From a bacterium (GTDB lineage Bacteria; Sumerlaeota; Sumerlaeia; SLMS01; JAHLLQ01), in assembly GCA_020444065.1 (NCBI GenBank), contig JAHLLQ010000003.1, forward strand, positions 132,979-196,978: a stretch of DNA of 64,000 nucleotides, in the 5' to 3' direction. The notes below the pieces were generated by a model. The model worked only from the letters and a program-made list of their open reading frames with translations, made no database searches and was not told the DNA's origin. Positions 60,583 through 64,000 of this stretch are shown here, one piece after another (the stretch's first letter is position 1; every line of letters starts with the position of its first letter). Both the position numbers and the translations under genes were made by a program.

Positions 60583-61257
60583 ATGAAAATCAGGCCAAAC
60601 TCCTTTCGACGTGTTGTCTGTCTGTGTGTCACCTCCGTAGTTGTTGCAGTTGTGATGTTTGGGAGAATCACGGCGAATGGCGTATCCAGTGACTTTCACT
60701 TCACATGGAGGAATGTGACAGTTTCCGATATCATCGGGGGCGTGGTCGCGGATCTTAGAAAGAGGGACAGCACGACGGATGTTGTTGTGGAGCTTCCCGG
60801 ATTTGGGGGGCTTGGGTTCGTTCATGTATTCACGGAGACAAGTCATGATGATACCATCGTGTACTCAGTGATCAGCGTGGATGCCGAATCGTTGGAAGAG
60901 CTGGCCCAGCAATTGGAGGCGCAAATGCGCAACTTCAGAATCGCCTACAACAAGAATATGGACATCCTGTCTTTCATTGACCCCAGAGTTGCAGATAGCA
61001 GCGATTGGCAGCTGAACATAGCCGTGCACAAGGCGGTCTCGCTGGAGGAGGATTGCAATATCGAACCGGCTTCAGATTATGACTTCCCCCCTCTCGACGT
61101 GAAGCTCCCTCCGGTCCGAGACTTCGTATTCAGATACGTTGAGTCCCTGGAGGGGCCTTGTCACTACGTGGCAATTACTCGTGGAGCTACGGATCGTTTA
61201 GTGATGCTCATTGATCAGGCTCCGACATACGTCAGAGATCCCTCAGGCACGAAATAG
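60583..61257 (+). CDS. Orphan exported/membrane-anchored hypothetical protein
   Basis: 224 aa, N-terminal hydrophobic helix, AT-richer. Confidence 0.7.
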   Translation: MKIRPNSFRRVVCLCVTSVVVAVVMFGRITANGVSSDFHFTWRNVTVSDIIGGVVADLRKRDSTTDVVVELPGFGGLGFVHVFTETSHDDTIVYSVISVDAESLEELAQQLEAQMRNFRIAYNKNMDILSFIDPRVADSSDWQLNIAVHKAVSLEEDCNIEPASDYDFPPLDVKLPPVRDFVFRYVESLEGPCHYVAITRGATDRLVMLIDQAPTYVRDPSGTK

Positions 61258-61267
61258 AAGCCGTGGT

Positions 61268-61494
61268 AATACGGGCACAGGATACTCTTATCTTGCCTCG
61301 GACATCGGCCGGGATGTTCTCTATATATGCAGGTATTTCGGGGAACGCTCATTATGGCGCAGTTGGCGCGCATCGTTTCGCCCGGGGGCGGGACTTGTCT
61401 TCGGCGCTATTAACGCGGGCGGTTATCGAAAAAGGAGAAATCTCTCGGCCAGATGGAAATGAAGTTCGATGAATAGAGTATCCTGTCGCCGAAT
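61268..61494 (+). repeat. ~200-bp element copy B, both inverted ends intact
   Basis: Left AATACGGGCACAGGATACTCT; right AGAGTATCCTGTCGCCGAAT. Confidence 0.9.
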
Positions 61495-61551
61495 ATCCTC
61501 TGACCTTATTCATCCCGATTGGCGATGAAATCAGACTGGCGAGACTGACTT

Positions 61552-62223
61552 ATGCTGCTCGAAATCACGACTCATCAGTATCAGGTACGGTGCCGACGGT
61601 GTTCCAGGAATTACTGGGGAGAAATTGGTCCCGATGCCTACGAAGGATTTCTTCTGCTGGACGAACACTATGTGCCCGCTGGCTGTTGGCGGCTAGATGA
61701 TTGGCTCTGGGAGGATCTGAGGGTCCTCATACAAGGCTACGAGGGGATTCATCCCGAGCGGATGCTGCAGTTGGAATGGATTCAGGAAACCAAGCGGGGA
61801 GTCCAGCGCGATCTTCTATTGGGTATGGTCTTGGCCGCAGAGTCGCATCATCCCGGATACCGCCTGCATTGTCTGCCACCATGTCCTAATTGTGGCGAAT
61901 ACGCTGTCTATTACATGGTTACTGGGCACATCAAAAGAAACCTGCAGCAACTTACTGCTGACAGTTGGCGAAAGCGAACGGATGCTGATCGGCAGACGGT
62001 AGCATTCGGATACCTGGATTATCTCCATGATCATCCTCCGCTCGATCATGTCGATGTTTTGACCGTCCCGCCAGTCACCCTATATGAGTCCATGATTGGG
62101 AATATGGACGGACTCAAAAGGGGAGAGATCCTCGAAAGGCTCTTGAAGCACTTCGCGCGACTCGGCATGGAACCTCCAAGGATTGCCGATGATGACTTCG
62201 AAGTTCCTGACTACAGATTCTAG
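61552..62223 (+). CDS. Orphan hypothetical protein with two CxxC pairs
   Basis: CRRC and CPNC; AT-richer. Confidence 0.7.
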   Translation: MLLEITTHQYQVRCRRCSRNYWGEIGPDAYEGFLLLDEHYVPAGCWRLDDWLWEDLRVLIQGYEGIHPERMLQLEWIQETKRGVQRDLLLGMVLAAESHHPGYRLHCLPPCPNCGEYAVYYMVTGHIKRNLQQLTADSWRKRTDADRQTVAFGYLDYLHDHPPLDHVDVLTVPPVTLYESMIGNMDGLKRGEILERLLKHFARLGMEPPRIADDDFEVPDYRF

Positions 62224-62286
62224 ACCCACATGCCTTCAAGCGCGAAGCCGAATTTTCTGCAAGACTGGGACGGCAAAACGTGGACT

Positions 62287-62381
62287 GGATACTCTTATCT
62301 TGCCTCGGACATCGGTCGGGATGTCTTCTATGCATGTCGGTATTTCGCGGAACTCTCTTCACGGCGCAGTTGGCGCGCATC
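62287..62381 (+). repeat. ~200-bp element copy C (3'-truncated)
   Basis: GGATACTCTTATCTTGCCTCGGACATCGG...GGCGCAGTTGGCGCGCATC, then diverges. Confidence 0.88.
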
Positions 62382-62394
62382 ATTGGTATTTCCC

Positions 62395-62835
62395 ATGAAA
62401 GCTCACCTTGGTGAAAAGAGGTCGTGGCCCGCATCAGCACGAGCAGTTGTCCTGATCTTCATCATGCTGTCACTTATCGCCAGCTATGTCACTTACAGGG
62501 TTTCTGTGGGTCCGATTTCCACTCAGGAAGCAATGAAGACACGAGAGGCGAAGGGAATACTGAAGGAGCTGGAGCTAGAATTGCGCACTCAAGCCAATCG
62601 AGGAAAGTCCCAATGGACGATCGAAGAAGTAAATAATACTGTTTCCTCCTTGGGCCTAAAAGATCCATTCCGATTCAACTCCCCCATGGCCATTCAGGAA
62701 GATGGCCAATTCTGGCTTGTCTTCAGGGGTGACCCAAGTGGGACTCCCTACGATCCGACAAACGGCGCGTTATCTCCGGGGTGGATCCAGTTTGATTTTG
62801 TGCCTGGGCAAGCCCCGATGGCCGATGGGGATTGA
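62395..62835 (+). CDS. Pseudopilin-like orphan protein without a prepilin cleavage motif
   Basis: N-terminal TM helix, DPF, C-terminal YDPTNGALSPG. Confidence 0.6.
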   Translation: MKAHLGEKRSWPASARAVVLIFIMLSLIASYVTYRVSVGPISTQEAMKTREAKGILKELELELRTQANRGKSQWTIEEVNNTVSSLGLKDPFRFNSPMAIQEDGQFWLVFRGDPSGTPYDPTNGALSPGWIQFDFVPGQAPMADGD

Positions 62836-62852
62836 ATCTTCGTGGCAATGGC

Positions 62853-63085
62853 AAAAACGGTGACAAAAACCTCTCTTCTTGCCTCGGACATTGGCCGGGG
62901 TGACTTCTATGCATGTCGGTATTTGGAGGATAGCCGGCCATGACACGGCTTGCTTGTTCGCATCCTCTCGCCCGGGGGCGGCACTCGCCTTCGCCCCACC
63001 GGCGCGGGCGGAAATCGAAAGAGGAGGAATCTCCCGGCCGGATGGAACTGACGTTCGATGAATGGCGTGTCTTGTCCCCGAATTT
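62853..63085 (+). repeat. ~200-bp element copy D
   Basis: AAAAACGGTGACA...TTGCCTCGGACATTGGCCGGG...GTTCGATGAATGGCGTGTCTTGTCCCCGAATTT. Confidence 0.88.
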
Positions 63086-63139
63086 CTCGATAGCGCCTCA
63101 CGGAAGCGACCTCCAAGTAGGTATGGCTGGAAGTAGCCA

Positions 63140-64000
63140 CTAGTCTGGAATCTGAATTGTACCAGTCGCCTCCAGTCCTCGTGACGGGGGCACAAGAAGA
63201 TCGAACTTGATTCGATGGGGGCTGTCTGGATCGATGCGGAGATTGCCTTTCTGAGGATCAGGGTCGATTAGAATCAGCTCATCTCGGTCCGGTGAGAGGT
63301 AATAGACTCCCGCGTCTCGCGCATGCCCGTCAGGTGCAATCCAATAGCCCATTCGGATAACAAGTCCCCCGCTGAGGAGCGGAAGTACCTCCCACACGGC
63401 GGCACGTCCGGATAGCACTTCTTCCAGGGATTCGCTCCCGGGGCTCCAGGAAAGGAGAGTACTGGAGCAGACGTACAAGACTTGCTTCCGAGGATCCCAA
63501 ACGAAGTCAGGAACCGCTCCGTCCAATTTGCCAATGCATTTCGAGCTTTCCTCTCTTGGTTCAATGACCCAGATCTCATGAGCCCTGGAGATTGGTGTTT
63601 CGCTCGTGCGAAGGCGCCTCGCCTCTGGATTTGTTAAGACAATGACAAATGGAGTATCTAAATCCCGCGCCGCAAAATGCGCTCGATCTTGGAGCTTGAG
63701 AATCGGGCGCGAATCTGATCGACGATCAGTTGGCGAGATCGATAGCACCGATCCCCCCTCCTTCCCTGGAGATAGGATTAGCTCCTTGCCGTTACGCGTA
63801 ATGGCGGCCTCAGTTGCAGGAGTGGAAAGTTCTGACGCCAGACTCCTGTCCAGTTGATCATCAAGAGAGGATGCCAGCTGCGCACCGGCAGATTCGATCT
63901 CCGATATCTTTGCAGAAAAGCGCTCTCTGTCGCCGTGATCCTTTCTCATTCGATAGGAATACTCAACGAGATCTCCTCGAACCTTGAAGTCCCTTAGCTC
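63140..64000 (-). CDS. Orphan hypothetical protein, possibly beta-propeller-like; frame open to the window edge
   Basis: No stop between 63949 and 64000 in frame; HEIWVI, DFVWDP, SWSPG, LSPD repeats. Confidence 0.65.
   Translation of the reverse strand, partial: ELRDFKVRGDLVEYSYRMRKDHGDRERFSAKISEIESAGAQLASSLDDQLDRSLASELSTPATEAAITRNGKELILSPGKEGGSVLSISPTDRRSDSRPILKLQDRAHFAARDLDTPFVIVLTNPEARRLRTSETPISRAHEIWVIEPREESSKCIGKLDGAVPDFVWDPRKQVLYVCSSTLLSWSPGSESLEEVLSGRAAVWEVLPLLSGGLVIRMGYWIAPDGHARDAGVYYLSPDRDELILIDPDPQKGNLRIDPDSPHRIKFDLLVPPSRGLEATGTIQIPD

Noticed and set aside
62230..62394. Longer N-terminus for the 62395 gene and short ORFs within the 200-bp repeats
   Set aside because: They are translations of the repeat itself, and frames are not preserved between copies
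60299..63085. Integron attC sites or DGR template/variable repeats
   Set aside because: No RYYYAAC...GTTRRRY core pairs; differences are not adenine-specific; repeats are intergenic; no integrase or RT in the window

Overview
High-GC bacterial chromosomal segment. Sumerlaeota/BRC1-like or PVC-adjacent origin is an inference only, from YDPTNG-type pilin-like proteins and W-containing C-terminal tails. From left to right: (1) a phage-derived block with tail-like and fibre-like genes converging on a reversed terminase pair, with no integrase; (2) housekeeping genes (A-type Fe-S carrier, dacB, bshA, metH, aroF, phosphohexomutase, glycosyltransferases, K+ channel, ymdB, lgt) and tRNA-Ala(CGC); (3) an AT-richer three-gene islet (GHKL ATPase, degenerate PRTase, HD-PRTase) resembling an uncharacterised defence system; (4) an aromatic-amino-acid leader peptide attenuator upstream of aroF; (5) a cobalamin riboswitch operon with a pilin-like gene, a core-methionine-synthase/PduO fusion, a BFD-like ferredoxin and BtuFDC; (6) several REP-like palindrome families; (7) at the right end, ~200-bp inverted-repeat-ended elements alternating with single AT-richer orphan genes. 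All calls are from motif recognition by eye; no searches were run.
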